A stretch of DNA of 64,000 bases from the human T2T-CHM13v2.0 reference genome, Homo sapiens, in assembly GCF_009914755.1 (NCBI RefSeq), contig NC_060927.1; one strand, given 5' to 3'. This document shows positions 13,643 through 26,639 of the stretch, one piece after another. A program made the position numbers and the translations under genes. The notes under the pieces were generated by a model. The model ran no database searches, was not told the DNA's origin, and was given only the letters and a program-made list of their open reading frames with translations. Position 1 is the stretch's first letter. Each line of letters starts with the position of its first letter.

Positions 13643-14060
13643 CTCTAAGCAAAAGTGACAATGAGTCTGTGGCCCTGGTTCTACCTCTAATTGTGTGTGC
13701 TTGGGCAAGCCACTGCACCTCTTGGGGCTCTCTTGCTTCCTGTGTGTTTATCATAAATATGAGTAAGACGTCTGTTACCCAAGTTGGAAACTCTATAAAT
13801 TGGTTAACCAAGTTCTTTCTGGGGAATTAACTTTCAGTGAATTTCAAATGAATAGTGCCTCGAAACTATCTTATTAATATAAACATAAAATTAGTTCCTT
13901 CTGTGAGGAAAAAAATGCCCTTACCAATTAGAGAATTGATTTTGTCAATTTAAACCATAATCTAAACAGATATAATTTGCTATTGGGCATTCTCAGATCC
14001 TTAAATAGCTTCTGTAATTTGCCTCTTTTCAAAGGACAATTGAGGACTTATAGCCACAGC

Positions 14061-14064
<4 letters not shown>

Positions 14065-14102
<38 letters not shown>
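14065..14102. repeat. (TG)19 microsatellite
   Basis: Perfect dinucleotide run. Confidence 0.95.
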
Positions 14103-14106
<4 letters not shown>

Positions 14107-15639
14107 GTGAGCTTTATCAGGCAATTTGGTACAATAAAGTTTAGCTTTTGGTTGAAAATATTGAATTATTATAGTCACTGTTGAGAATTATTTTGCTACA
14201 TCACGTTTGTTTCTTTGCCCAATTAGAGCTGTCCATAAGCAGATAAAAAAGTCAAAACAGACAGAAAGATTTAGTAACAACCTCTTCTAAATTATTTTAC
14301 AAAACTCCTAAGAAGTTTTTGAAACTAATTCCTCTAAGTAATTGTATGATTTTTCTCATCCACTCCCAACTTTGAAGTGGAAGGGTGTTCATCATCTAAA
14401 GAAGTACTTATATAAATATACTGAGGCTGATATAGGTCCACCTCTAACCTCTCCTCAGTACAGAGCTGGAACCGTAGCTTAGAACTCTTCTTTAGTTCTT
14501 GAGCTTTGATCACCATAACTACAATGTCTATTTCTTTGCCAGATGTTGAGGAAGCAGGCAAGCACACAGATTTATTGGATGGGCTATAAAGGTATATTTA
14601 CAAATAATAGATAGAGCATAACATCAAATGACATGGCTACATATGTGTGCATGTGATGTAAGATGGCTAAGAGCTATTCTCTCCCTCTCTCCATCTCTCT
14701 TTGTCTGTCTCTCTATGTGTCTCTGTCTCTCTCTGTTTATCTGTGTGTTTTCTTTATTTGGATGACCTATATGCAGGGTTTCTTCTTTATGAAATCTATA
14801 GATTTTTTTTTATTAAATGAAAAAGATAAATCAATTTTCTATATTTAGCCTTGCATTCTAAGCTTCTCTAAGTTAGACCACTTCCAGAGCCATTTAAGGG
14901 AAGCAGAGTCACCTGGATGGAATGCTTCTGTCCCTTTTAGGCTTTTCCTGAATTCTAGGAAGCCAGGGATTTCTTTCCTGACCTTATTCAGTGGTCAGTT
15001 CTTGATACTAAATGGTGGATTGATTTGTGGCATTGATTACTTTAAATTAAGAATCTATGTGTTTAGAGTGGTATCAATAGGGCTGGATTTGGTGATTTTA
15101 ACAGGGATAACCTTGAGATGATGTTCATTATTCCAGTAACAACGAGGCAATAAAGCTTTAGGAAAATGGCAGTGATGTGGCCCACCACAAAGAAGATCCA
15201 AGGAAGAGCTCTGTGGAACAGGGCTCTATCTGGAAATGTGTTTGCATAAGAAAATGGAATACATTCACAGCCTAAGGCAGATCATCAGCATACCTTAGAA
15301 ATCCATTGTACCTAATTATTGGAAGTCTAAAATTCTCATTGGCCAGAGGAATTTCAAAGAAATGATTACTCTTTATTCTTTCATTCAACGAGTATTTCAA
15401 TGACTAATTTTCACAGGGCTTAATGCTAGGTAGCAAGGGAAATGCAAAAGTGAATAGGATATACAGCCTACCCTTAAAGAATGTGTAAATTGCACGGGTC
15501 AGATGATCATAGATAGTTTTAACCATTCTACATACACATGACAAAATAAAATGTGTTTTATGATAGAGGAGGTGGTCAAATATTGTAGAATAACAAAAAA
15601 TGCAATCAATTCTAGTTACGAAAGGAACTGTGTGTATAG

Positions 15640-16265
15640 TGCGTATGTTAATTAGGATGCCTCCAACTCCAAACAACTAAATACCCAATTAAAAGTGGCT
15701 TAAACTTATTCTGGGAATCTTGTTAACATGCATGTTATAATTTAGTATTTCTGGAATACTGCCCAGGCTTCTGCAGTTTTAGCAAGTTCCAGGTGATATT
15801 GATACATTTGGTCCACTGACCTCACTCTGAGTAGTAAGAACTTTTAAAATGAGATTTTGTATTATCTTATGTAACCAAAGTTTGGATGTAGGTGTTGACC
15901 TCAGTAAGGACACAGGCTCTTTCCATTGTTCCACTTCCCCATACTGGCTTTTCCCTTAAGGTCTCAAGATGGCTGCACTGATTCTAACTAGCACATATAG
16001 ACACGGCAAAGCTCATGATTAGTAGGAGAAGGATATTGTTTCTCTTGTGATCTTTTTATAAGGAGAAAAGTCTTTGCTACAAATCTCCCAGCAAGCTTCT
16101 TCTTAGGTTCCTTTGACTGGAATCATGTCTATTTCCCATTCTTCACTGCAAGGGCATCTGAGAAAGTAGATTTTCAGCTTCTGTAATGAGAAATGGGCTC
16201 TACTGGAAGAATGGTGAAGAAGATGATGGTCATTGGGTGAACAACTAACCATGTCTGCCACCGTG
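15640..16265 (-). mobile_element. Old MaLR LTR (MLT1J/K/L-like) with nested MER5A-like element (~15700-15840)
   Basis: aaagtggcttaaac...caagatggctgc...aaccatgtctgccac; the insert has ttttagcaagttccaggtgatattgat...ctcactctgagtag. Confidence 0.55.
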
Positions 16266-16484
16266 GGTCTGGGGTTCTCTTAGTCATGGCAATCCTGACG
16301 GGCTAGAAATGCCTCATTAAGTTAGTACATGGAAGGGATGACTGGACTCCATCATAGCACGGGTCACTGAGATAAGGCCATATGCCTTAATTTACCTCAG
16401 AACCTTCTTCTCTTATTGGTCTATGCCTCCCCATACCCTCTTGTCTTCTTGATTCAGAACAGCAACTTTTCTTACCTGGAGTGT

Positions 16485-16837
16485 TCATATGGTTTGGCTG
16501 TGTCCCCACCCAAATCTCAACTTGAATTGTTCCTCCCAGAATTCCCACATATTGCAGGAGGGACCTAGAGGGAGGAAATCAAATCATGGGGGCCAGTCTT
16601 TCCTGTGCTATTCTTGTAATAGTGAATAAGTCTCACCAGATCTGATGGTTTTATCAGGGGTTTCCACTTTTGCTTTTCCTCATTTTCTTTTGCTGCCACT
16701 ATGTAAGAAGTGTCTTTCACCTCCCGCCATAATTCTGAGGCCTTCCCAGCCATGTGGAACTCTAAGTCCAATTAAACGTCTCTTTCTTCCCAGTCTCATG
16801 TATATATTTAACCACAGTGTGAAAATGGACTAATACA
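16485..16837 (+). mobile_element. THE1A-like solo LTR
   Basis: atatggtttggctgtgtccccacccaaatctcaacttgaattg...aagtccaattaaac...gaaaatggactaataca. Confidence 0.9.
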
Positions 16838-17629
16838 AGTACTGTGATAAAGTCCTAAATGGTCTCACTATTCCCATCCCTTTTACACATTCCCACTATG
16901 TTGAATACAACTGTCAAGAGATTTCTAGCTTGAAAATGTGCTTGTGACACAATTTGTTCAAAATTATATTATGGCCCCCATATCCTTTATGTTAAAATGT
17001 TAACTCTGTATTACAGTCTTCAAGTCTCAGTATAATTTCCTTTCTGCTGCTTCTCTAGCCTCACCTCTCAATACTCCCCACTAAAAGTCAAAGACTTTGA
17101 TGTTTAAGACAATAAGAGAAAAATTCTGCTGTAACCTGTGATTAAATTCTGTGGATATACAGTTGTGTAGTTAAAAATTTCTTTTAATATCTCTGCAGGT
17201 TATGAAAAGTGATCGTTGAACTTCCCCTTACTTGGGACATTGACACTTTCCAATCCATTCTGCATGCTAATGCTTGATCATCAAGGCCATCCTTAAATAT
17301 GGCAGGAGGCTTTAATAGTGAGGACTCCAGAGTCTTTTTACTCCCTGTAGGGGGAAAGTCACTTGGAGCCAAAGTTCTTATTTCCTTAATATTATGCTTA
17401 GTTTGCTTTCCCTTTCATGATTTATTAGTTTTTCTTTCTGGTTTGTTACTTTTCAAAATACATGATTTTTATTATTATCTTCCCCTCCTCTCATTACTTT
17501 TATCATTCTACCAGATATAGCTCATAAACTATGCACTGTTTCCCTCCCTGTTCCCCACCTTCCAAATATCATAGCTTTAGTAAAAATTACAAGTATGCAT
17601 ATGACATATTTTAGGTGTTTAGTAAATGT

Positions 17630-18450
17630 TCTTTTCATTCTCTTCCTTAGGCATGTATTGAGCACCTTGTATCTGGTTTGGTGGTAAGGAGATGAAGACC
17701 CAATACATGGTCTCAGCCTTTAGATGATCGCACTTGAGTTTACCAGGACAATGCTAGTTTGATTATTGCCATGTTGGAAGAATGTAGATTGAGCATTGAG
17801 AATGAGAAGGAAACAGTCCTTAGGTCTGCCTGGAGAATCAGGAAAGGGCGCTCAAGAGGGTGTTAGTGAGAGACACACAAAAGATGAGAAGCTGGCTGAG
17901 TGAATTGGAGATTCCAGGCTGTATTTCAGTGAGAGGCACAAGAATGTGGTGAATTTTGGAGAACTGTGAGCATCTAAGCTCAGCTGTACCACAGAAGAAA
18001 GAAGAATGACAGGAGGTGAGGCTAGTGAAATAGGCAGACAGGAGATTATAATGAGACTTGTGGGCTGTGTAATGAAGTTAAAATGTTATCATGAACCATT
18101 GAAGAATTTTGAGCAAGGCATGTCACAGTCACATTAGCAGACTAAAAGGATCACTCCAACTGCTGTGCAGAGAATGGAAGGGAGGTAAGGGGAGAACTAG
18201 GGATGGTGAGACCTTTTAGGAGAATACTGAAGTACTCAGATGAGAAATAATAATGTTATGATTCAAGACAGCAGCTGGGAAGAGAGGAGAGGGATGGTGT
18301 GCTGTGGGCCATTAGATAGTTATTTAGGAGGTACATTTGGTTGCATTTGGTGGTGCACATGGAGGGTAAGGTGACCTAAAAGTGAATATGTGGTGTGTGA
18401 AGAGAAGAATATAACTTTCAGGTGTTCTCATTTTGGAAAGATCTCTGCTT
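17630..18450 (-). mobile_element. L2 LINE fragment
   Basis: gtattgagcacc...ccattgaagaattttgagcaagg...aaaggatcactccaactgctgtgcagagaatgga. Confidence 0.65.
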
Positions 18451-19819
18451 GCTGAAATCGTTAATGGCTCCTTGTATACAAAGTTGTGTGCCAGACATAC
18501 CCAACAACCTGTAAATACAACTCAACTTTGATTCTTGTTAAAACTCCAGCAGGTACCTGTCTCCATTTAACTCTTGAGGAACTGAGTACCATGATTCGTA
18601 GAAGCAGGGCATTGGCCGCGAGTAAATATTGTGCTTTTTCTCTAGGGTAAGATCTCTATTTTTATTGAGCAACTGTCAGTAGGCCATGCAACACTGCCAA
18701 CAACACACTGAAAATAGAATGAAGACAATTACCTCAGCAAAGATTAACGCAGAAAGTAAAATTGCACTTATGTAATACTCATCTTTCAGCCACTAAGACT
18801 AGCCTTCGGTTGGTCTCTCTGTGTCTGCATGAACATCATAACAGAGCAACATCATCTGTACTCATGTTGGAGGAATCTACCCTCTGTATCACTCCCTGTT
18901 CCTGTGTTCTCTAAAGCTTTCCTCAGAGCAGACATCAGAACACTGAACTGCTCTCACTGATGATCTCCGAGCAAAATGCTGCAAACAGATGAGAGATAAT
19001 ATTAGCTAGCAACATATCAGCACTCTTCTGGTGTTTGGCAACTGCTTGTCAGTAAACTTCAGGAAAATGCTTGCATTTTGAGAGAATGTCAGGCCTGAGT
19101 GAAACTTTAGAGACATTCAAGCCAATCCTCTCATTTTACGGAAGAAAACACTGAAGCCTGAAGGGATTAGATGGCTTGTCTCTGGTTTCCTTAGTTCCTT
19201 TTAAGTTTAGAAAGAGGACTGAAACCTCCGCCTCCACTCCAGCAAGGGCATTTCCTCCACACCCTTGGCTTCTACGATGAAATCAGGACCATAGGGAAAG
19301 CTTCCTTGTCAAATCCTTGAAACACCCCCAGGGAGTGGAGAAAACTTTACAACAAAAGAAGAAAATAAACCCCATAATTAGAAACAGAATTGACTCCAGA
19401 CCAACTAACAGAAATATTGTGCTGGCTTTCACAAGTTCTACAGAAGGAGGAAGGAAAGCCTGCATCAGCAACTCGAGGCTTACATGTGGATCTGGTGGAA
19501 TGCTACCATTTTCATAAAACACACATAAATAACAAAAATAGCTATGATGGGGTGCAAAAGAAACAAGAAAAAAACAATTGCTGAGAAGGGCCACACTGGC
19601 ATCAGTTATTGATGTCACCCTGCTTTATTTTTTGCCCAAATCTCTGGCATTGAAAACTGAATTGGCTTATTATGTCTATTAAATTGTAGTAATAGGGATA
19701 TTAACTACACCTTATCGGGCCAAATGTTACACCCGTAAAGTAACAAGAGGACATAAAGGATAATGGAGATTTTAGGGAAAAAAAATCAGATGCCTCAGAA
19801 GCAGACGTGGTGCTGTCCA

Positions 19820-19958
19820 TATATCTATATATATATGTATACATACATATATATACACACACATATATATACATGTGTATATATATACATATATATGTGT
19901 GTGTGTGTGTATATATATATATGTGTGTATATATATATGTGTGTGTATATATATATAT
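19820..19958. repeat. Compound (TA)/(CA)/(TG) alternating repeat
   Basis: ~135 bp of almost uninterrupted purine-pyrimidine alternation. Confidence 0.9.
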
Positions 19959-20079
19959 CTCCACATGGGTCCCTATTTTAGTTAGAGGGAGAAGGAGGAG
20001 GGGGAAAGAGAGTATTTGCCAGGTACAGTGGTGTCATATATAATATCTCAATTGATTATTACAACCTTAAGAGATGACT

Positions 20080-20626
20080 GTTTTATATTTACAGAGGAGT
20101 TGCAAAGATAGCACAGAGCTGTCATGTATCTTTCACACAACATTAACATTTTGCATCACCACGTGGGGCTAGCTTTTACCACTTTTTTGAGACATAATTC
20201 ATCTACTTAAAGAATACACTTCAATGGCTTTTATTGATAGATATAGGACAACCAACACTTCAGTCAATGTTAAAACATTTTTATCACCTCAAAAGGAAAC
20301 CTCACACTCTTTAGTTATCATGTTTTTCATCTCCAACTCATACCACAGCCCTAAGCAACCACTAATCTACTTTCTGTCTCTGTAAATTTCTCTGTCCCAG
20401 ACATTTCATGTGAATAGAATAACACAATATGTGATCTTTTGTGACTGGCTTCTTATTCTACTTACCATAGTATCATGGTCTATCCATGCTATAGCATGTA
20501 TCAGTACTTCATCTCTTTTTATGGCCAAGTAATATTTCATTATATGGCTATAATATATTTTCTCTTTCCATTTGTCAGTTGATGGAGACATTTGGGTTGT
20601 TTCTACCTTTTGGCTATTATGAATCA
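20080..20626 (-). mobile_element. Old L1 (L1MB-like) 3' fragment
   Basis: gacatttgggttgtttctaccttttggctattatgaat; ORF 20406-20627(-) HNSQKVETTQMS...KYYLAIKRDEVLIHA is an L1 ORF2 C-terminal remnant. Confidence 0.85.
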
Positions 20627-20957
20627 TGTGAAGCTAATTTTGATGGAAATTAAAATGTCCACTGTATTGCAAATAAAGTTGATTGGAAACGTGATTTTAG
20701 ATCTATAAGGACTTTGATATGTCCTAATACCTTACTTTTGAAGTAAACTGACTTGTTCATTCAGTGACTAAGACCTTCCCCAAAGTGCAAGTCCTTAAGC
20801 ACATGGCAGGGTGCAGTCTGAACACGTTTGTGTCCTATGTACTTGATATCTTCAAAAGAGATAAATGTAAGGATAATTTTCAGTGTCTTCTTTTAAACTG
20901 ATCAATCAGGTAATTTGACCCTCTCTTTTAGAGTTCAAGAGTGAATGGGCCAGAGAG

Positions 20958-21340
20958 ATGCCTTAGTTGGGGGTATCCCAGATGCAAACCTTTGGGATAA
21001 GGGTGTGAATTCAAGAAATTTATTTGGAAAATTCTGGTAGAGTTAGGGCAGTGAGACAAGGATGGGAAAGAAGCCAATAAAGGGTTCGCTTTTGGGCAAG
21101 CTAGTGTTGTGTGTAACGAGTGCTTAATCATATACAGGACTTCTGGGGCACAGTGTACAACATGCCTTAGAGACATCTCAAAAGAGGAGTTGCATGTGGG
21201 ATATTTATCCATCATTTCTCATCAGTTATTGGTAATGGAGCAGTAAGTCCCCTGGCACTCGTCAAAAGACCAGGCATAGAGAAGCAGGTGCTTCCTTGCA
21301 GTTGGAAGCTGTGTGGTAGAGCAGCAACAGCTACAAGAGA
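20958..21340 (-). mobile_element. ERVL LTR (LTR33-like)
   Basis: tgccttagttgggggtatcccagatgcaaacc...gtgagacaaggatgggaaagaagccaataaagggt. Confidence 0.7.
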
Positions 21341-23679
21341 CTAAGATGTTATGAAGTCTCTTCATGGGGAGGCAAGAGGAGCAAGAGTGGAGCTTCCATC
21401 CTCATAATAAGACTTTCAGAGAAGACATTGATGAATACTGAGGCAACACCATAGACCTCCACTTACTTGTCTATAAAATGGGAACTAATTCTTTATTCAT
21501 TAAACCCTTGATATTTAAAGCTGCAATTATATATGAAGCAAAATACCAGTCTAGCTCTACGCCTTACATCTTAATACCTCAGGAAAGATTTCTGCCCTAT
21601 AAAGGAACACATTAATATGTGATTGTGGGATGGTAGAAAAAACACATGTTTTGGAGACAGGTGATCCTGGGTTTAACCCCTAGCCTCAATATATAGAACC
21701 TGTGTGCCCTTGAGCAAACTGTTTTATCTATGAGAACAGTTGCCCTCCATCCCCACCCCAACATCTGGTAAAAAATGAAATTTTGACAACATTTTAGCAC
21801 GATGGCTGTTTTATAGCATGAGTTCAATAAATGAGAATTTTTCATATTCCTACTGGGATTAAGAAAGAGATGCAACAAGGAAATACATCAACTTATTCAA
21901 TAAATATTAATATCCTACCCTACGTAGAATTCTATTCTAGTTGTTGGAATATAGTAGCAAAGGATCCAAATCTCTGCCTTCATGAAGTCTACATTCTAGT
22001 AAATTACAAACACTGGGATCATGTTTTCACATTTAAGGTCCTATTTTTACTGTCTGGAAAAATAGTTCAGTTTATGTTGCTTTTGGGCTTTTAACTTTGA
22101 AAAATGTAAGCCTTATATCAAAGCATCCCAAAATACTTCTCTCCAACTTTTAATTAAACATTTTCTGAGAGTCATTCCTCAAATCTTTCTTTGATGTTGC
22201 ATTAGTTGAAATTTTTTGGGTCCCAAATGATGGAAAGAAAATTTGAATGACTTTAAGTAAAAAGGGAAACTTATTGAAATGAGTGGATATATAAAAAGCT
22301 ATGGGAAGAACAGAGACATGGCTGGACCTTTAAATAGCTGTATCCAGGGGCATAGAAGCTACAGGGAATTGCCCTGTCTCTCACGTCTGTACCTGTGTGG
22401 CAGCTTTATCACTCATACTGCAGTATGGCTTTCTCCACATGGCAGACAGTATACCTGCTCATTGCACCTATGATTTAAATCTTGCAGCTTTAGCTACCAG
22501 AGAGGTTAACCCAACCCTCCCAGTTTTCTTATACAAAATTTCCAGAGGAGAGACAGTTCCACTTTGGGGCAAGGATTCTCTATTAGATCATGCAGCTTTG
22601 TAGTTACATCACAGTAATTATGTGGCTGGGGCACTCCTAGAATTGTATAGGTACCCGTACTATCTGTTAAGACATAGAACCCCAAGAAGGCCGATTCTCA
22701 TGTCATGGTCACCTTTCTGGCAAGAAGCATGTATAAATAGTGGCTCTGAAAGTTGGAGAAATAAACAAATAATAGAGCTAGAAGAGACCACATCTTATTC
22801 AGTCCACACAGGTGTCCATTAGTAGAAATGAGCCAACAATACATTACTTTCTGCAAATTTGTCCAGTACATCCAAAACAAACACACTAAAAAGGGATTAT
22901 TTACCATTTATGTGTCAGGGAAGTAATAATAATGTATGTATTACACATATTAATGTTCCTGTGTGCTTCTAAAGTACTGTGGAACTTCAAAACATTTTCC
23001 AGTTTCAGGGAATTAATTAGCTTCCCTGTGAAGTAACTCATGACCAATATTGCCATTTTGGAAAATGAATGATTGAATTAGAAAGCCAAGGGATGTTGAA
23101 TTATTCATTTTTTCAGTAAAGGTATATCAAGCACATACTTCATGCATGTCTCAGGGCTGAGGGTTGTGGGGACATAAACTGAAAAAGTCTCTGCTCTCAA
23201 GGAACTTAGAGTCTAGTAAGAAAGGGAGACTTCTCAACATTCAGCCCTAATACAAGTCAAAACAAGGCTCAGGTAAGATGGATAAATATGAGAGACTAGA
23301 GGAGGTGATGAGATAGGACTGGGAAGAGAGTTAAATTGCAGAGGCCTTTAAAAATACCATGAGAAATTTAGTCTTCCCTATGTGAAGACATCATTAATTT
23401 TTTTAATATAGAAACTATTGTGAATTCATTTAATTGACTAAGACTCCAATTGTTGATGAAATTATCTCAACATATAAAAGAAAAATTGATCCATTTGCCT
23501 AAATCGTTCAAATGATTCGTTAGTTCACTGGTTCAGTTTGCCTGGTGTGTTCTGGGCTAAAATTTATGATACTGTTTGAAGACTGGATGAATTTGTACAA
23601 TTGATAAGGCTAAATTGTTCAGGTTTTCATTATCTGGAAAGGGTCTGACCCCTGTTGGAGCTCTCCTGGTGAACCCAAC

Positions 23680-23968
23680 CGCTATGCGGTGAGGAAGTCT
23701 TTGAGAACCTATGGTGTGATGCACAGGGAGAGCCCCGCATGGAGAGAAACTAAGGTCCCTGGTTCTCAACTCCTGTCGGATGCTCAACCAATAGCCAACA
23801 GCCAACACAGCCTGTCAGGTATATGGCGAGCCATGTGGGAAGTGGATCAGAGGTGCGCATTACTCAGTGAGCCTTGTCCAAATTTTAGATTCAGGCTAAA
23901 TAAATGATGGCTGTTATCTTAAGCCAAGAAGTTTAAGGATGGTTTGTTATTAGTAGTTAACTGGATCA
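23680..23968 (+). mobile_element. MaLR LTR fragment (MLT1H-like)
   Basis: catggagagaaactaaggtccctgg...aataaatgatggctgttatcttaagccaagaagtttaaggatggtttgtta. Confidence 0.6.
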
Positions 23969-24789
23969 CCTTGTACAAAGGATTCATGGTAATCATATCT
24001 TCACATTTTCGACCCATTCATCCATTAGACAGCAGAGTTTCAGGCACCCCAGTGATTCAGATTTCAGAAACTCAATTCCTGGGCTCAGAGAAATGCATTT
24101 CCATTTCTGTAAAGAGTGTCAGAGAGAGAATACAATTTAAAATTCAAAGAATTTCCTTTACATGAAAAGTGTTCTGGAACATATTGATTTTTAAATCGCG
24201 TGCCCCTATTTCTAAAGAAAGTTAAACTGAAAACACCATAAATCATATTCCCCCCTGTATTTCTATAACATTTTTAATATACATAGAAAACTTGTACAAA
24301 CCATCCATCTCTGACCCAGAGGGGCCACTAAAGTAGATGTGAAGGTCATGGTCCTGCAGTGTTAGGCTTCCTTCTGTAGTTCACTAATCAAAAGTTACAA
24401 ATATAGCTTCTGATCCCTCCTTTTTCTCTCTCCCTCTCTCTGTATTGGCTGTCAAGAGAAGGCAAGGGTAGCAACGAATCAGCTCTTTATATTAAACAGC
24501 ATATTTTGCTGAGCTGGACTTGACTTCTGGTTGCTACAAAACAAATCTAAGTTTATATCAGAGGTGACAAACTCCATGCCCTGTCATTTATCCTTTTTAT
24601 AGCATGGGTGACACCAACAGTCAACAAGTAATGTTGATGACTTGTTGATGAATCAACAAAAACAGAAAACTTCCAAATCTAGAGGTTTCCTATGTCCATA
24701 GTTAGTCGTATTTTAATTAAAAGACAATTAAATTAAAAACAAATTCCGCTGTTATTTACTATATAATTTTACTTTATGATTACTACAGA

Positions 24790-25560
24790 ATTTTTTTAAG
24801 ACACCCCAAATCCCAGTGCCAACAGAGATAGCCACTGGTAATATTGAAGTATATCTTACTGTAGAAATGAGTCTATATATGTATATATTTTTACCAGAAA
24901 ATATATCATACCTTAAACTCATGTTTATACATTTGTTTGCCAAATAAATCTATTTAATATATTGAGATTTTACTATGCATTAGGCACCATGCTAAGGGCT
25001 TCATAAATGCTATTTCACTTAATCGCAACAATACTACAATGTAAATAACATCAACCCAATTATACAGTCGATGTATTGGAGGTTCAGGTCCATAATCACA
25101 TAGTCAGCAAGTAGAAATGCCTGGTTTCAAACCCAGATTTGTCAACTCCAGATTTTATTTTTTACTATTCTACTTCTCACTTTGTGCATCTGAAATTTTT
25201 GACTAAAATTATATTACAACCATAAATCATGATAATATTCACCTACAACATTTTAGTGTCTGACTGATATTCCATTGTATAGATTTACAAAATATTTTAC
25301 CATTCCTCTCTTGGTAGACATTTGAGTTTAGTTTTGTTTCTTTTCAATTTTTCACTAATATAAACAACACTACAATGAATATCCAGGTAGATAAATCTTG
25401 TTGCTCAACCTTAGTTATTTCCTGAGGATGAATTTGAAGAATTAGAGTCACTGGAAAAATGAAATGCAAAAATGTTATGCTTTCAATAGCATGCCAAATT
25501 TCCCTTCAGAAAAACGACACCAAATTACATACCTGCTATCCACATGTATCTATGTTTGTG
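24790..25560 (-). mobile_element. Old L1 (L1ME-like) fragment interrupted by a MIR (~24950-25180)
   Basis: atattccattgtatagattta...ggtagacatttgagttt...atgccaaatttcccttcagaaaa; the MIR has taggcaccatgctaagggcttcata...ggtttcaaacccag. Confidence 0.6.
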
Positions 25561-26639
25561 TTCTAAAATCTCCTTTAAAAAACAAAAACAAAAATTAAAA
25601 AAAAAAAAAACTTTAAACCGCAATCTTTTAAATCACAGTATCATAACGTCTAAGAGACAGAAGATATCTTAAGAGTCATTTAGTCTAATCTCCTGCATTA
25701 TGGACATACTTTTTCATGCAGCATTCCTGATCTGAGGTATCTATCGTGCAATTTGTAGAAGGTGGGACAGAAAACAAACAAACAAACAAACAAATCTTAA
25801 ATATCCTTAAACTACAAAGCAATTTTCTTCACCTCTGAGCAATGTAACACTGTTCAAACTGTTCTAAAATGCATCCAGAATAAGAGTGCTTCAATAGAAA
25901 TGAGGAAACTTTGGCAGGCTTTCAACATACTTGACACAGGTCAAGAAATAATCAAGATTTTTTGGTCATTCTCCACTTGGAATGGGTTTGCTCTAGGTGT
26001 TGGCAGCTGAACATACATGTCTTGCTCTAGGCAGTTGCTTAGCAGTTTGGTTTTCTTTTGCTTTTGGGAATTCAGGAAACAGAGGTGGGTGGTCAGTGGG
26101 AGAAGGTTGATTGTCTAGAGACCAAAATGAATTAAATACTTTATTACCTTTCCAGTAAAGGGGCTGTGAGTCTAACTGTATGTGTGGTTCCCTCCACCAC
26201 ACCCTAAATCAAAAGTTCCATCCCTGGAGTCTCTTTAATTCTAGAGACACTGAGATTTAGCTCATACAGAAGGAGAAAATGACCTTCAACTGGATAAGCT
26301 TTCCTTGAGTACCCATTAGATACAAAACACTGCTGGATGTTGCAGTGAGAACAAACAAACAAAAAGCACAGGGAATACTCATATGTGAGTGAAGAGATAA
26401 ATCTATAAATATATAAGTTCCGCAAGTGATTGGCAAATAAAATTCTGAGAGGGCAAAGAGAGGGGAAAGATTTCTGCCTCGAGTCAGAGGACTGGGGTAG
26501 CGGAAAAAAGCTTTAGAAAAAAAGGTGGTATTTGTAGAGTCTGGAGAGGCGGGTTCCTCTGCCCCAAACTGGTGTCTACTGCAGATATGGTAAATAATTA
26601 AAATCATGAAATAAGAACATCACTAAAACCATTAATTTG

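Noticed and set aside
19701-20043. YI/CV/HT-rich ORFs (also at 47666-48011 and 49449-49684)
   Set aside because: Translations of dinucleotide repeats.
26403-26432. TATA-like ctataaatatataag next to an inverted CCAAT
   Set aside because: About 1 kb from the CpG-island exon, and the CCAAT-TATA spacing is too short; such motifs are common in AT-rich DNA.
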